Shown here: positions 28,881-40,266 of the stretch, piece by piece
Layout of the letters: every line of letters starts with the position of its first letter
Numbering within the stretch: position 1 is the first letter of the stretch
IMG/VR virus record: IMGVR_UViG_3300048035_000179
Coordinates: 44-64,043 of that record
Source: a virus
Taxonomy: Duplodnaviria > Caudoviricetes
DNA: 64,000 nucleotides
Reading direction: 5' to 3' (one strand)
Made by a program: the position numbers and the translations under genes
The notes under the pieces: model-generated
What the model was told of the DNA's origin: nothing
Seen by the model: the letters and a program-made list of their open reading frames with translations, nothing else
Database searches by the model: none

Positions 28881-31800
28881 CTATTTTTTACATTTACATG
28901 ACTTTGCATTATACATAGCCATTTGGGATTTTAATTCATCTATTTGTTTTTGCTGTTCTTTCATCGCACCAATTAATGTAGAAACTAAGTGTTCGTAATC
29001 AACTTGCTTATACTCTTCACCTTCTGTTTTTTCATCATGATGTCTAGACTGTAATCTAACTACTTCAGGCACAACTTCTTCAACCTCTTGAGCAATAAGA
29101 CCAATTTCTTTTACTCCCTCTCTAGGTCCTTCTTTCCATGTGTACTCTACAGGATTTAAAGATAATATCTTATCTAGGTTGTTCTCTGTTTTTTTAATAT
29201 TGGTTTTTAACCTTCTATCAGAAAAACTGTAGTATGCAACAACATCACCTGCCATTCTAAGAACCCCTGCGGAGGAAACAGTACCACAATAACCACTGTT
29301 ACCTGTACCAAAATATATGTTTGTTGATGCTCCGTAGTAATAATTTAAATAAAGAGCATTACCATCAGCCGAATCAATATGTAGATTACCATTTGTTGTT
29401 GCTAATCTAGATTTTTTGTTAGCAGTAGAACCATGTAAATATAAATATCTATTACCAGTATCCGCTGCGGTTCCTATATTTAAACTACCACATATAGTTG
29501 AGTCTGCTTTAGTACCGTAAGAAATATTCATTCCTCCATAAGTAGATAGACCTTTATCTGGTGTATCAGTTTGTCCTTGACCCCATCCGCTTGGGTGACC
29601 TATACCTACTTTGTTATATAAATGAATATATTCATTAGTATTAGCACCTCTTGCACCTTTTAAGCCTATAGACTCAGCGGCTGTAAATGATACTTTATGA
29701 GTTGCTGTGTCAGTAGCGTCACTTCTTATAAATGAAGCAGCATGCAATCCATCAACCTTATCTGCGTCAAGATTACCTCCACTACCTAAAGTAAAATTAT
29801 GTGAAGTCCATACATTTGTCCATGGATTCCAACCTTGACAACAATCTCTTAAAGATCTAATTTTTAATGGTGTAGTTGATGCACTAACCCAATCAATAGA
29901 AAGTTCGAAACCTTGACCAGTAGTTGACATAAACTGTGCTGTAGTGTCATATGTGTGAGGTCTGTTTGCTCCTGTACTATAACCTTCATAAATAGTAAGA
30001 CCCGCCCCATAGTTATCTCTATAGTCGCCACTTGTACCACCGCTTGCAATATAATCTTGATTATTTAAAACCCTTACGAGTTGAGAACCTGAAGGTATTG
30101 TAGGTTCACCTGTCAAGTTAGTGTAAGCCATAGTACCTAACTCAGTATAAGTAGGTTTATGACCTTCAGAATATAATGCATGACCATTATGCCTTAAATG
30201 ACTACTCGCATGAGTAGAAAAAGCAATACCATCATTAGCGTCATTCATTGAACTAATTAATAACACAGATCCTGAGTGTCCACCTTGATTAGTATCGTGT
30301 TTAATGAAGGCATTGTCACTATTGTCTCCAGTTCCTTCTTTATCCCAACCTGTCCAAAAAATACCAAAATCTTCACTACTAGTTTGTGATACATTATGTG
30401 TAAATTCTAGATTACCTTTAAGCATAGCACCATCTTCATTCATACTGAAGATTTTTTGATCCATTAAATAGAAAGCAATACCATTTACAGCATCTTGCCC
30501 ATCAATATCACCAATATCTATCTGACCTCCTGAACCCTCTATAAAAGCATTTTCATATAATTCTAAACGGTTTTCATCAAGGTCAATGTCACCATTCATA
30601 GTACCACCTACTAACTTTAAATAGGTAGTATCGTGATTATGAGTGCTCGGAGGAAACGTAGAAGGTTTGTTTAAAATAAATGCATCACTAGTAGTAGTGG
30701 TTTCATTCCAATCAGCCTGAACATTTACTTCAGCATTATCAGCAACTCCTGTAGCAGTTGAATACCCTGCGGCTGTATGCGTTCTATTAGTAAAAGCATT
30801 TAAGTTACTAGGTTCTGTCGACTGATCAGTTGTGGTATTTTCATCATACCAAGTAACTGTAGGGCTCGCTTCATTTGTACTATCCTTTCTTATGTAATCA
30901 AACTCTCTCCAAGCATTTGTTTTTACCCATATTTCTACAGTGTCACTAGATATAGTGTATTTTATCCAACCATTTGTATTTTCTAAAGTTTGAGTTGGAT
31001 TAAAATCCTCATACCATGCACCATAAACGACTGCTGTGGTGTTGTTACTGCTACTAACATGTATTCCTGCTGTACCAGAAGCGTATCTTCCTGTCCAATC
31101 AAAAGTAGCATTATAATCAACGAAACTTGATGGGACAACTATAGTCGCAAGTTTATGATACCTCACTGATCCACTATTTCCATATCCGACTCTAATCCAG
31201 TTTGCTCGATAGTTTGTTTTTAAATAAACTCCATCATGTGCTCCATAATTTGGAGGTATAGTAGGTTTATTTAAAATCTGTGAATCTCCACTGGTTGAAT
31301 TCCAGTCAGCGTTAACATTTGCTTCAGCATCTGTTGGAGCAAAAGTTGTAGGAAGAGCAGAGATATCTACTCCATCAACTGTTCCTGATACTGTTATATT
31401 TCCCGCAACATCTATATTATCTAAGAAATAAACATCTTTATCATGATTTATATACATAGCCGCCTTAGAACCTGTAGCATATGAATCAGTTGTAGAAAAA
31501 TACATCTTAGTACCATAACTACCATCTGATCTAATATATATACCTGCTTGTGCATTTGTACCATTAGAAGCATCAGAAGCACCAAATGTTATTGCCCCAC
31601 CTCCATGATCTGTACTTATTTCAGGGTCAATATGTAATGATCCAGTAGATTTACCCTGTGTTGTAGCACTCCAAACATTCCCATTTTTTATACCTATTTG
31701 ACCTGAAAAATCCCCACCGTTTGCAGCAGATACAAAGTCTGTTTGGTTTACTACTGTACTAGAAGCAGCATCAGTTATACCATACCCTGCTAAAGTTGTT

Positions 31801-33182
31801 GGTGTTGTTGCTATTTCAGCAAATGTAGGTTTATGACCTTCGTGATATACTTGTTTCCAAGAATTTTCAGTACCATTACTAATAGTTCTAACATACATGT
31901 TAGCACTAGTAGAATTTGAAATAACAATTTGACCACTATAATTATAACTAGAGGTATTAGATACATGAGGTAAAGTTAATCCCCAATACCAACCTGTTGA
32001 AGGAGTCCAATCTGCACCATTTGCATCCCAACCACTAAAACTATATTGAGAAAACTCAGTTGAATCCCAACTGTCCGCTGCTGTTGAAACATCTGACTTT
32101 GGATATCTACCATCGTGATTATGTGAACTAGGCGGGAACGTACTAGGTTTGTTTAAAATAAATGCATCACTAGTCGTGGTAGTCTCTGTCCAATCTGCTT
32201 GTACATTTGCTTCTGCATCTGTTGGAGCAAAAGATGTTGGTAATCCAGATATGTCTACTCCATCAACTGTGGCATTTGCTGCCATTACAATATTACCTGC
32301 AAAAGTTGCGCTTTGGTCTGGTTTTAAAGTTAGCGTTAAATCCTCGTCTGTTGTTCCGTCTGCGTTAGAAGTATAAAACCTCATTTCTTGGTTGTAACCA
32401 CCAGTATTAGCGGTTCTTATACTACCTAGTAAATCACTACCGTTAGATGTTATTCCTCTTAGCAACACCGACTCTTGGTTTGTAGAGTTTGTACCAACAA
32501 TATTTACTGTACCTGCAAAAGTTGCATTACCTGAATTATCAATATTAAAAGTTTCTGTTGTGCTTCCTGCACTATTATCATACCATTGAAATTGTAATTT
32601 ATTACCACCTGATCCTCTTACTATATAAATGTCATTAGCATCGGTAAATGAGTTTGTGTCTGTAAACCCTAGTGTTGGTCTTGATGAATTTATATATATA
32701 CTAGCATCTCCGCTGTTTGAGGTTGATGTAATGTTGCCCGCAGTTATACCACCTGTTGTTATAGTAAGATCTGCGTCTATGGTAACTGCACCATTAAAAT
32801 AACTTGTTCCATCATTGTAGAAATCATAACTAGCATGAACATCAGTTGACTTTACAGCAAACTTTCCTGAAGCATTACCAGAAGTCATTTTTGCATGGTC
32901 TGTAATTACCAAACTATCAGAAAAGGTCCATCTAGTGTTAGCCTCATCCCATATTAATGTTGCGTTAGATCCTGCAATAGTAATTCCTGCACCTTGACTA
33001 GATGCTTCATTGCCACCATAATTTAGTGTTATATTTTTATCCTCTACATCTAATGTAGCGGTGTTAATAGTAGTTTGGCTACCGTTGACAAATAAATCAC
33101 CGCCAACAGTAACGTCTCCGTTACTTGTATAAGTATCAGATGTAACTAATAAATGTCTTTTTGATGATGTAACTGTAGCCAT
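28881..33182 (-). CDS. Long tail fibre/spike with a C-terminal peptidase S74 intramolecular chaperone
   Basis: SDRRLKTNI...GLIAQEVEEVVPEVV...VDYEHL plus coiled coil. Internal VQADW..NKP repeats. Confidence 0.9.
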   Translation of the reverse strand: MATVTSSKRHLLVTSDTYTSNGDVTVGGDLFVNGSQTTINTATLDVEDKNITLNYGGNEASSQGAGITIAGSNATLIWDEANTRWTFSDSLVITDHAKMTSGNASGKFAVKSTDVHASYDFYNDGTSYFNGAVTIDADLTITTGGITAGNITSTSNSGDASIYINSSRPTLGFTDTNSFTDANDIYIVRGSGGNKLQFQWYDNSAGSTTETFNIDNSGNATFAGTVNIVGTNSTNQESVLLRGITSNGSDLLGSIRTANTGGYNQEMRFYTSNADGTTDEDLTLTLKPDQSATFAGNIVMAANATVDGVDISGLPTSFAPTDAEANVQADWTETTTTSDAFILNKPSTFPPSSHNHDGRYPKSDVSTAADSWDSTEFSQYSFSGWDANGADWTPSTGWYWGLTLPHVSNTSSYNYSGQIVISNSTSANMYVRTISNGTENSWKQVYHEGHKPTFAEIATTPTTLAGYGITDAASSTVVNQTDFVSAANGGDFSGQIGIKNGNVWSATTQGKSTGSLHIDPEISTDHGGGAITFGASDASNGTNAQAGIYIRSDGSYGTKMYFSTTDSYATGSKAAMYINHDKDVYFLDNIDVAGNITVSGTVDGVDISALPTTFAPTDAEANVNADWNSTSGDSQILNKPTIPPNYGAHDGVYLKTNYRANWIRVGYGNSGSVRYHKLATIVVPSSFVDYNATFDWTGRYASGTAGIHVSSSNNTTAVVYGAWYEDFNPTQTLENTNGWIKYTISSDTVEIWVKTNAWREFDYIRKDSTNEASPTVTWYDENTTTDQSTEPSNLNAFTNRTHTAAGYSTATGVADNAEVNVQADWNETTTTSDAFILNKPSTFPPSTHNHDTTYLKLVGGTMNGDIDLDENRLELYENAFIEGSGGQIDIGDIDGQDAVNGIAFYLMDQKIFSMNEDGAMLKGNLEFTHNVSQTSSEDFGIFWTGWDKEGTGDNSDNAFIKHDTNQGGHSGSVLLISSMNDANDGIAFSTHASSHLRHNGHALYSEGHKPTYTELGTMAYTNLTGEPTIPSGSQLVRVLNNQDYIASGGTSGDYRDNYGAGLTIYEGYSTGANRPHTYDTTAQFMSTTGQGFELSIDWVSASTTPLKIRSLRDCCQGWNPWTNVWTSHNFTLGSGGNLDADKVDGLHAASFIRSDATDTATHKVSFTAAESIGLKGARGANTNEYIHLYNKVGIGHPSGWGQGQTDTPDKGLSTYGGMNISYGTKADSTICGSLNIGTAADTGNRYLYLHGSTANKKSRLATTNGNLHIDSADGNALYLNYYYGASTNIYFGTGNSGYCGTVSSAGVLRMAGDVVAYYSFSDRRLKTNIKKTENNLDKILSLNPVEYTWKEGPREGVKEIGLIAQEVEEVVPEVVRLQSRHHDEKTEGEEYKQVDYEHLVSTLIGAMKEQQKQIDELKSQMAMYNAKSCKCKK

Positions 33183-33183
33183 A

Positions 33184-34980
33184 TTATCTTAATCTTTTAC
33201 GAGTTATTTTAAATTTAATGTTTGAGTTTTTAGCAGCGTCATGCATAGATCCGTAATCAACAGCAAGCCCTGATTTACTTTGTAAAAAAGGTGCTTTGTT
33301 TGGGTGACCTGATGCTGACACCTTAACCCTTAATTGTGTTCCTGTGGTAGAAAACACATGTGCTTCATTTGAGTCCTTATCATAAGTTTCCCAACTTGAG
33401 CCATTATTATTACTAACATAAACAGTCAACCCACAGTTAGAAGGTATAATAAAATCATCTATGCCTGCAACAAAAACCATGTCTACATTAGCACTATTAT
33501 CTAAAGTAAATGTACCAAAAACAACCTCCCAGTTTCCGCATAACTGTATTGGGTTTGTAGCCTCGGACCATATTCTAAAACTATGACCATCACCACCATA
33601 CCCCATACGAATCCAATACTTTGTACCGTTTGCAGAAGACATTAAAACAGGATTTATTCCATAATCCGATTGCCAACTTCTACCTCTTGCACTACCTCCG
33701 TATACACTTGATTGATCTTCTATGTAGTTACTTAATGTCCTTACATTATATATTTGAAATGTACTAAGGTCTAAAAATCCTCCATCCACTTTTCCATAAC
33801 CTCTATCACCTGACATAGGAATCCAATCTCCTGCGTACCCTGGCATTTTATCCATAGGTGTGCCAGATGTTTTTTGATACTTTGTTCCAAACCTAGCAAT
33901 ACTATTAAGATCAATACCGTTTGTATAATTTCTTATGTAAATTCTATCTTTAACATAAGGCGGATTGCCACTAAAACAATTAGTATAATCTACTTTTAAT
34001 ATGTAGTCATATCCTGGAATTATAACAACATTTGGTTCATTACTAGGGTCTGGCACAAATAAACCAGACTCTCTACAGTATCCATTTTGTGTATAATCAG
34101 AATTTGTCCCTGCTACTGTATCTTCAAGATCACACCATAATGTTTCTGGTGTACTTGTAGAAGCATCAAGTATTACAGTAAAAGCACCATTACCTTCATA
34201 GTCCCAATAATAAACTCTGTCATTTACTTCGTCATATGATAAAAAGGCTCTGTAACCATTTCTATCGTTAGCCGCAGATCCACTATATCTATCTGATCCT
34301 GCACCATCTAAAAATTCTTGATCACCTGTAGATAAATTTCTTCTAGGGAATTTTTTGTAATGTCTACTAGAATCATGCTCTGATGCATAAACCCAGTTTC
34401 CTGCTGCTACTAATCCTCCTGCATACCAATAACCAACTCTTCTTACATATCCATTTGACCTAGAATTAGTCCCTGAAGGATCTATAAAATCTGTAGGATT
34501 TGTATGTGAAGGTCTAGCCTCTCTAATTACATTACCACTATTAGTAGTACCATCTTTAGCACCTCTATAATCAAATATAGAATACCCATATACGTTGTAA
34601 CTCATCACTACCGCTTTACCTGCACTCTTTGCCATTGCTACAGATTGCATATGGTTATATGTACTTCCTGTATCTCTATATAAAGCATTGTTGTCGTGAT
34701 ATAGTTTTGTCATAGACCCATCATTATTAAGTCTTCTAAACGATACACCATCGCCCCAACCCGCTGTCATTAATATATCTCCATCTATATCATATCCATT
34801 ATGAAAACCAATAACCCTATCTCCTCCATCATACTCACCACTACCAGAAGACACAATAGTATTACCTGAACCTCCTCTTTGAACAGGTCCAATAGTTGTA
34901 TTATCAAACTCGTACATACCCGCACCAGTTATAGTAATAACATCACTTCTTGTAATTTTTGTATGTTTAAACTTGCCCAT
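33184..34980 (-). CDS. Tail-associated beta-rich protein (possible receptor-binding protein)
   Basis: 598 aa between fibre genes, rich in Gly/Asp/Tyr, with a YVSNNNGSSWE Asp-box-like segment. Confidence 0.55.
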   Translation of the reverse strand: MGKFKHTKITRSDVITITGAGMYEFDNTTIGPVQRGGSGNTIVSSGSGEYDGGDRVIGFHNGYDIDGDILMTAGWGDGVSFRRLNNDGSMTKLYHDNNALYRDTGSTYNHMQSVAMAKSAGKAVVMSYNVYGYSIFDYRGAKDGTTNSGNVIREARPSHTNPTDFIDPSGTNSRSNGYVRRVGYWYAGGLVAAGNWVYASEHDSSRHYKKFPRRNLSTGDQEFLDGAGSDRYSGSAANDRNGYRAFLSYDEVNDRVYYWDYEGNGAFTVILDASTSTPETLWCDLEDTVAGTNSDYTQNGYCRESGLFVPDPSNEPNVVIIPGYDYILKVDYTNCFSGNPPYVKDRIYIRNYTNGIDLNSIARFGTKYQKTSGTPMDKMPGYAGDWIPMSGDRGYGKVDGGFLDLSTFQIYNVRTLSNYIEDQSSVYGGSARGRSWQSDYGINPVLMSSANGTKYWIRMGYGGDGHSFRIWSEATNPIQLCGNWEVVFGTFTLDNSANVDMVFVAGIDDFIIPSNCGLTVYVSNNNGSSWETYDKDSNEAHVFSTTGTQLRVKVSASGHPNKAPFLQSKSGLAVDYGSMHDAAKNSNIKFKITRKRLR

Positions 34981-35134
34981 TTAATTCGTCTAGTTTTTTT
35001 TGTGCCTCTTCTTTACCATCTATTAATAATTTCATCAAATTTGCATCAGGGCTACCAATAGCCTCTTCTGCTTCAATGTCTTTTGTTCTTTGGTTTACAA
35101 CCCATTTCCAGTATGTCTTATTATCTCCCTTCAT
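34967..35134 (-). CDS. Small hypothetical protein (55 aa), not in the ORF track
   Basis: Hand translation MKGDNKTYWKWVVNQRTKDIEAEE...LNGQV. Fills the gap with a TAATG overlap. Confidence 0.65.
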   Translation of the reverse strand: MKGDNKTYWKWVVNQRTKDIEAEEAIGSPDANLMKLLIDGKEEAQKKLDELNGQV

Positions 35135-37704
35135 TATGCTATTGTTGTTTCTACCCAGAATTGATGAAAGTTACCGTTATTTGCTCCACTAATCTGATAC
35201 ATGTAACTGGTGTTTAAACCAGAATATATTAGAGTTGCAGAAGATCTCGATAAACTACTTTGAGTAGCGTGTTCATGTTTATATACACTGTATGCTGTAA
35301 CAAACCTTACGTTTGCACTAGGCGGATCCCACTGTACATAATAAGCCTTATTTAAATTAACTACGCTCATGTTAGTAGGTTCTAGTGGTGCTGTTACAGA
35401 GTAAGACTTACTACCTGTTAGAGGTGATGAGTATACTCCGTTTTTAACCGCATACACTCTATATGCTTGTGTTCCTGTTGCATCAAATGAATCGTCAATT
35501 ATTGACATGGTCGCCCCAAAATCAGCAGGAGGAATCACAGATATCAATCCATAATCCCCACCATCTACAGAACTAAATACTAAATAGTAATCTATATTAG
35601 TTGTTGTAGATGCTGTAAAGGTTACATTGATTGTACTGTTTACAATTGTTGTTGTAAGACCTGAAGGTGCATTAACTGTTAAAGTGTATTTTGCAGTACC
35701 TACACTTGCATCGCCTGGAAAAGTAGTTATTCCATTGTTTTGGAATCTCCACTCTTTTCTCGCTGACCATCCACCAGATAGGTTATCTGGAAATGCAAAT
35801 ACTTTTAGACCTCCTTCAGCACCAATGAAAACAGTTTCTTCTCCGTTATTGATGTTACTATTCATCGTGCCTGATGTATCACCACCTGCAAGAATTATAG
35901 AATCATCATGACCAATAGTAAGTCCTCCATTTGCAGTAGTTCTTTCTAATATAGTTTGGTTATCTACTTTAAGTATTGCACCAGTATCAGGAGTAAAATC
36001 TAATGCTCCTGAGAATTGACCTCCACCAACAGGAATATATAACCCATCATGGTCTCCATGATCAGTAGGTATTGTAGGCTTGTTCTGTATAAAAGCATCA
36101 CTTGTTGTAGTGGTTTCGTTCCAGTCCGCCTGCACATTCGCTTCAGCGTCTGTGGGTGCGTGAGCAGCCTGTGAATGCGTATACGCAGTATCGTAGTTAG
36201 TTTTATTAGTTGTTGTTAATTGATCTGTAGTCCATACCTGTGCCCAGTCTGTTTGCCAAGTTCCATTCTTCTTACTTTTTATATGTAGAGTTCTGTTATG
36301 GAAATCTTGAAAAGACGCTGTCGCCCAAAAAGATGAATCCCAGTATTTTATTGTAAGCAATCCATCTGCTGCCCCTGTAGGTTCATCGTCAGCCTCACTT
36401 ACATCCCAGATATAAACACCTGATGTAGTAATTGTATCAAGGTCGTCTGAGTACCTTGCGTGTGTTCTTAAGTATCTTCCATCGTGATTATGAGTACTCG
36501 GAGGAAACGTAGAAGGTTTATTTTTAATATAAGCATCATCTGTGTCAGTAGTCTCTGTCCAATCTGCTTGAACGTTTGCCTCGGCATCCGTAGGTGCATA
36601 AGAAGTAGGAATGTTATCTGCTGTTACATTTCCTGAAACAGTAAGATTTGCATTTCCATTACTAGCAGGTTTTAAAACCATTGCATCATAAAGAGTACTT
36701 CCTGAAGGTGTAAATCTCCATCTCCACCAATCATTATTATTGTCATCAGTTAAATTAAAATCAAAGTAAGTATGCGTACCATCTATAGTTGTTGTTATAG
36801 ATGCAGAATCTGATGATTGTGCAGCAAATGTCAAGTTTGTAACTCCTGTTAACGAAGTATGGTTGTGAGCACTTGGTGCAAACGTAGTAGGTTTATTTTT
36901 TATATAAGCATCATCAGTGACAGTAGTCTCTGTCCAATCTGCTTGTACATTTGCTTCTGCATCTGTAGGAGCGTGGGTTGCTTGACTATGATCGTATGCG
37001 GTTTTCCAATCAGTAGAGTCACCATCTGATCCTGTTGAAATTGTACCTACAGAATGTAAAGATGTGTCAGTACTTCTATTCCAATAACCTACTAATGTAG
37101 AAGTGCTTGAAATTAATCCCCAATACTCAAAACGATCACTCGCTCCATTGTATCTAACTTTAAAATTTTCATAACCATCTAATTCAGCAAAAACAATTTC
37201 TCCATTAGGAGTTCCGTTTGCTCCTGAGTTGTCATAAAATGTTAGTTTAGGGTCTGTTTTTTTTATCTCTATATCCCCTGTAACATCTCCTCCACCTATA
37301 GGTAAATATAACCCATCGTGATCGCCCCATCCATATGCTGTGTTCCAATTAGTAACATTAGTTGTACTAAAATGCGAATCATTCCATAATCTACTGTAAT
37401 CTCCAAAAGTTTCTGAAGCGTTAGCAGATCTAATAAATAAATCGTTTGTATTGGTAGATAACGCTAACTGAGTATAGTAATTACCTGTATGTGTTTGAAA
37501 AGAAAGTATACCTACTCCATTGTGAGATCCCGCAGGCTTAGTTCCTGCACCCCAACTACCATCTGTTGGAGAAAGTATATAAGAGCCTAAAGCATCATTA
37601 TCGAATCCTGTTGCTCCATTGCCTGATGCTCGTTCTATTGTAAGACCCTTTAGGTTTATTTCACCCGCAGGTATTTTAATTCCATTTAAGAATTCTAATG
37701 CCAT
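35134..37704 (-). CDS. Tail fibre protein with C-terminal FN3-like domains
   Basis: TAYGWGDH and PTDAEANVQADW repeats. C-terminal AP..L.T, YRVYAV and VQWDPP FN3 signatures. Confidence 0.8.
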   Translation of the reverse strand: MALEFLNGIKIPAGEINLKGLTIERASGNGATGFDNDALGSYILSPTDGSWGAGTKPAGSHNGVGILSFQTHTGNYYTQLALSTNTNDLFIRSANASETFGDYSRLWNDSHFSTTNVTNWNTAYGWGDHDGLYLPIGGGDVTGDIEIKKTDPKLTFYDNSGANGTPNGEIVFAELDGYENFKVRYNGASDRFEYWGLISSTSTLVGYWNRSTDTSLHSVGTISTGSDGDSTDWKTAYDHSQATHAPTDAEANVQADWTETTVTDDAYIKNKPTTFAPSAHNHTSLTGVTNLTFAAQSSDSASITTTIDGTHTYFDFNLTDDNNNDWWRWRFTPSGSTLYDAMVLKPASNGNANLTVSGNVTADNIPTSYAPTDAEANVQADWTETTDTDDAYIKNKPSTFPPSTHNHDGRYLRTHARYSDDLDTITTSGVYIWDVSEADDEPTGAADGLLTIKYWDSSFWATASFQDFHNRTLHIKSKKNGTWQTDWAQVWTTDQLTTTNKTNYDTAYTHSQAAHAPTDAEANVQADWNETTTTSDAFIQNKPTIPTDHGDHDGLYIPVGGGQFSGALDFTPDTGAILKVDNQTILERTTANGGLTIGHDDSIILAGGDTSGTMNSNINNGEETVFIGAEGGLKVFAFPDNLSGGWSARKEWRFQNNGITTFPGDASVGTAKYTLTVNAPSGLTTTIVNSTINVTFTASTTTNIDYYLVFSSVDGGDYGLISVIPPADFGATMSIIDDSFDATGTQAYRVYAVKNGVYSSPLTGSKSYSVTAPLEPTNMSVVNLNKAYYVQWDPPSANVRFVTAYSVYKHEHATQSSLSRSSATLIYSGLNTSYMYQISGANNGNFHQFWVETTIA

Positions 37705-37718
37705 GTTCTGCTATTTTT

Positions 37719-38960
37719 TTATGATGCAGCAGAAAGAACGTTTACTGTTATACTATCTGCTACTTGTCCTGATGCAAAAATTATCTTAACATTATTACTG
37801 TCTGTTAATTCTACTTCACAGTGAACTACTTTATTAGACTTATATGTTTGAACAATTACGTTTGATGTACCCAAACCATGGTTAAAAGTAAAATCAGTGT
37901 CATTGTCTGCCGCAGGTCCTGTCCCGTTTGCTGCCTTATTTTTTACGGTATCTAATGCAATAGATACATTCCCAAGATCTGTCATTGTTCCAGAACCAGT
38001 AACATCTCCTGTTAGGGTTATTGTTGGATCTTTAGTCAGAACAAAGTCTAGATTTTTATTTGTAGTATCATAAGTTACTGATAATCCAGTTTCCGTATTA
38101 TTAGAAACCATACCTCCAACAATATCCTTAACACCATCATCTGATCTTAATTGATTAGTTAAAGCAATAGTACCATTTGCATTAGGAAGGTTGATTGTTC
38201 TGTCCGCTGTTGGATCTACAATAGATAGTGTAGTTTCATGTGCGTCTTGTGATGCACCCTCAAACACAAAGGCGTTTTGAACATTAACCTGTGTTTGGTT
38301 AACCGTTACTGTTGATCCCTCTACATTAAGATTACCTTTAATTGTTACAGTATCAGTAGTAGCGTTACCTAAAGTTACGTTACCATCTACTGATAAGGCT
38401 CCTGCAACACTAACATCGTTACCAAAATCACCGTCTTGAGCAACAGTTAATGAGTCAGTAACATTAACATTTTGGAATTCTACATCATTTGATGTTCCTA
38501 CCGCCTGACCAATAGCAACCTCACCATCAGTTACTGTAACACCAGTACCACCTGTAATAGCAGCCTGAGCCAAAGCGTCAGTATATTGCGTGATAGTGGT
38601 AGCAATCTCACCATCAGTAATTGTAATACCTGTACCATTTGTAAAGTGTGCTCTTACTTCTGCTGCACTTGGACCTGTATATGTAAATACACCTGTAGAA
38701 CTGTCATAAGAAAAACTACCATCACCTCCTGCGTCAGATGCAGAAATCATTGCTCTTACCTCAGATTCATCTAGTTCATCTTGTAGGTTTAACCATGAAG
38801 ATCCATCGTAAAACTGAAACTTACTTAAGGTTGTGTTGAAGATAACATGACCTGCCGCAGCAGTCATTGCGTCTCTCTGTGTCGTAGTCTTATTGTCTAA
38901 TTTTACGTTTTGTATCTCATTGTCGCTGAGATTAATGTGATGTAAATATTCTATTGCCAT
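37719..38960 (-). CDS. Tail fibre/structural protein
   Basis: Thr/Gly/Asp-rich, with PTADRTINLPNANGT, TITLTGDVTGSGT and NHGLGT motifs. Confidence 0.7.
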   Translation of the reverse strand: MAIEYLHHINLSDNEIQNVKLDNKTTTQRDAMTAAAGHVIFNTTLSKFQFYDGSSWLNLQDELDESEVRAMISASDAGGDGSFSYDSSTGVFTYTGPSAAEVRAHFTNGTGITITDGEIATTITQYTDALAQAAITGGTGVTVTDGEVAIGQAVGTSNDVEFQNVNVTDSLTVAQDGDFGNDVSVAGALSVDGNVTLGNATTDTVTIKGNLNVEGSTVTVNQTQVNVQNAFVFEGASQDAHETTLSIVDPTADRTINLPNANGTIALTNQLRSDDGVKDIVGGMVSNNTETGLSVTYDTTNKNLDFVLTKDPTITLTGDVTGSGTMTDLGNVSIALDTVKNKAANGTGPAADNDTDFTFNHGLGTSNVIVQTYKSNKVVHCEVELTDSNNVKIIFASGQVADSITVNVLSAAS

Positions 38961-38966
38961 AATGCT

Positions 38967-40193
38967 TTAATTTAAATATACTTTACCTTTTGTGAGGGTT
39001 CTGAATGTGATTTTTATAACGTTCAAATTTACGTATTCTACAGCACCATACACAATATTATCGTATTCATCAACGAGTGTGACTGATGGCTTCTTGTTTA
39101 AACTATGTGTTACATCCCATTGAGTGGTCGCTGTAGCAAATGTTTTTTCATATGTAGCAAAAGGATTATAAGTTGGAACATTCTCGATAGATGTCCATGT
39201 AACACTAATTCCTGTTGAGTAAATTTGTAGAGAAACATTAGTTAACTCATCTCCTGTATGTTCTCTAGGAACATCATTTCTAAGGATGCCTAATATATCT
39301 CTTAAAATATCTGTATTGTCATCGTCTGATAAACCTGCATCAAGTCTTTTTACTAAAAGATCAAAACTAGTTATAACAAACTCATAATTTTTTGAGTACT
39401 TATCATATAAGGATTTATTATATCCGTCATATGTTTCTACTAAATTTCTTAAAGTATTAAAATAAGATATCATCTCTAACTTTGTAGGAACCTTATGAAC
39501 CTTTACAATATCTCTTCTTGAACTTTTTGATTTTACACTAAACCAACTAAATGAAGAATGCTGATGTGTTAGGGTCACCTCTAAATCAACAGTATACTTA
39601 CTGTCGTAAACCTTTGAAGATGTGTCTACTAAAGAAAACTCTCTAGCATCACTAGTGTTTTCTGTAGTGGTTTGATTATTTATTGCAGAACCACTTTTAT
39701 TGTTTTGACCAATAAAAAGTCTACTTATACTACTTAAATTATAATTAGTTACATCATAACTTGGAGTTGTATCTTTTACTTTAATAAGTGGAGTAAATTC
39801 ATTTATATCTTGAAATGTTGTTAGTTCTATTTTCTTAAAATCATATGATATTGTTTTAGTGACAGTTACAGGATCGTCAGATCCTACGGTAAAAGAATAT
39901 TCAACTCTATAAGAACCCTTGCTAACTCTTCCATCATTTGGAGATAAAGGCAAATTATAATCTTCAAAAATTGGTAAACTACCAGAATCCCCTGTAATAT
40001 CAGCAACACCTTCTGCTTGATGGTTTCTAACTATTCCATCTGGTCTAGTAATTTTTAAATATATTTTTATTCCTGATTGCGCTGAAGAATAAGTAGAGTT
40101 GTCTGTAACCTTCAACTTTGGAGTTGAGGTTAAATCAAATTGTATTGAAAAATCTACAGATACATTACCAGTATCATTAGTGAATGTGCTCAT
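38967..40193 (-). CDS. Structural protein
   Basis: C-terminal W.VTHSLNKKPSVT...G.VEY...GKVYLN motif seen in phage tail/collar proteins. Confidence 0.6.
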   Translation of the reverse strand: MSTFTNDTGNVSVDFSIQFDLTSTPKLKVTDNSTYSSAQSGIKIYLKITRPDGIVRNHQAEGVADITGDSGSLPIFEDYNLPLSPNDGRVSKGSYRVEYSFTVGSDDPVTVTKTISYDFKKIELTTFQDINEFTPLIKVKDTTPSYDVTNYNLSSISRLFIGQNNKSGSAINNQTTTENTSDAREFSLVDTSSKVYDSKYTVDLEVTLTHQHSSFSWFSVKSKSSRRDIVKVHKVPTKLEMISYFNTLRNLVETYDGYNKSLYDKYSKNYEFVITSFDLLVKRLDAGLSDDDNTDILRDILGILRNDVPREHTGDELTNVSLQIYSTGISVTWTSIENVPTYNPFATYEKTFATATTQWDVTHSLNKKPSVTLVDEYDNIVYGAVEYVNLNVIKITFRTLTKGKVYLN

Positions 40194-40202
40194 ATTTTAA
40201 GT

Positions 40203-40246
40203 AAAAAAAAAAGTCGACCTCAGTACTAATTTCCCTTGGTCGACTT
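40203..40246 (-). terminator. Intrinsic terminator
   Basis: AAGTCGACC/GGTCGACTT inverted repeat with a long loop, followed on the - strand by a T-run. Confidence 0.65.
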
Positions 40247-40266
40247 CAAAACAAACCAACAACAAA

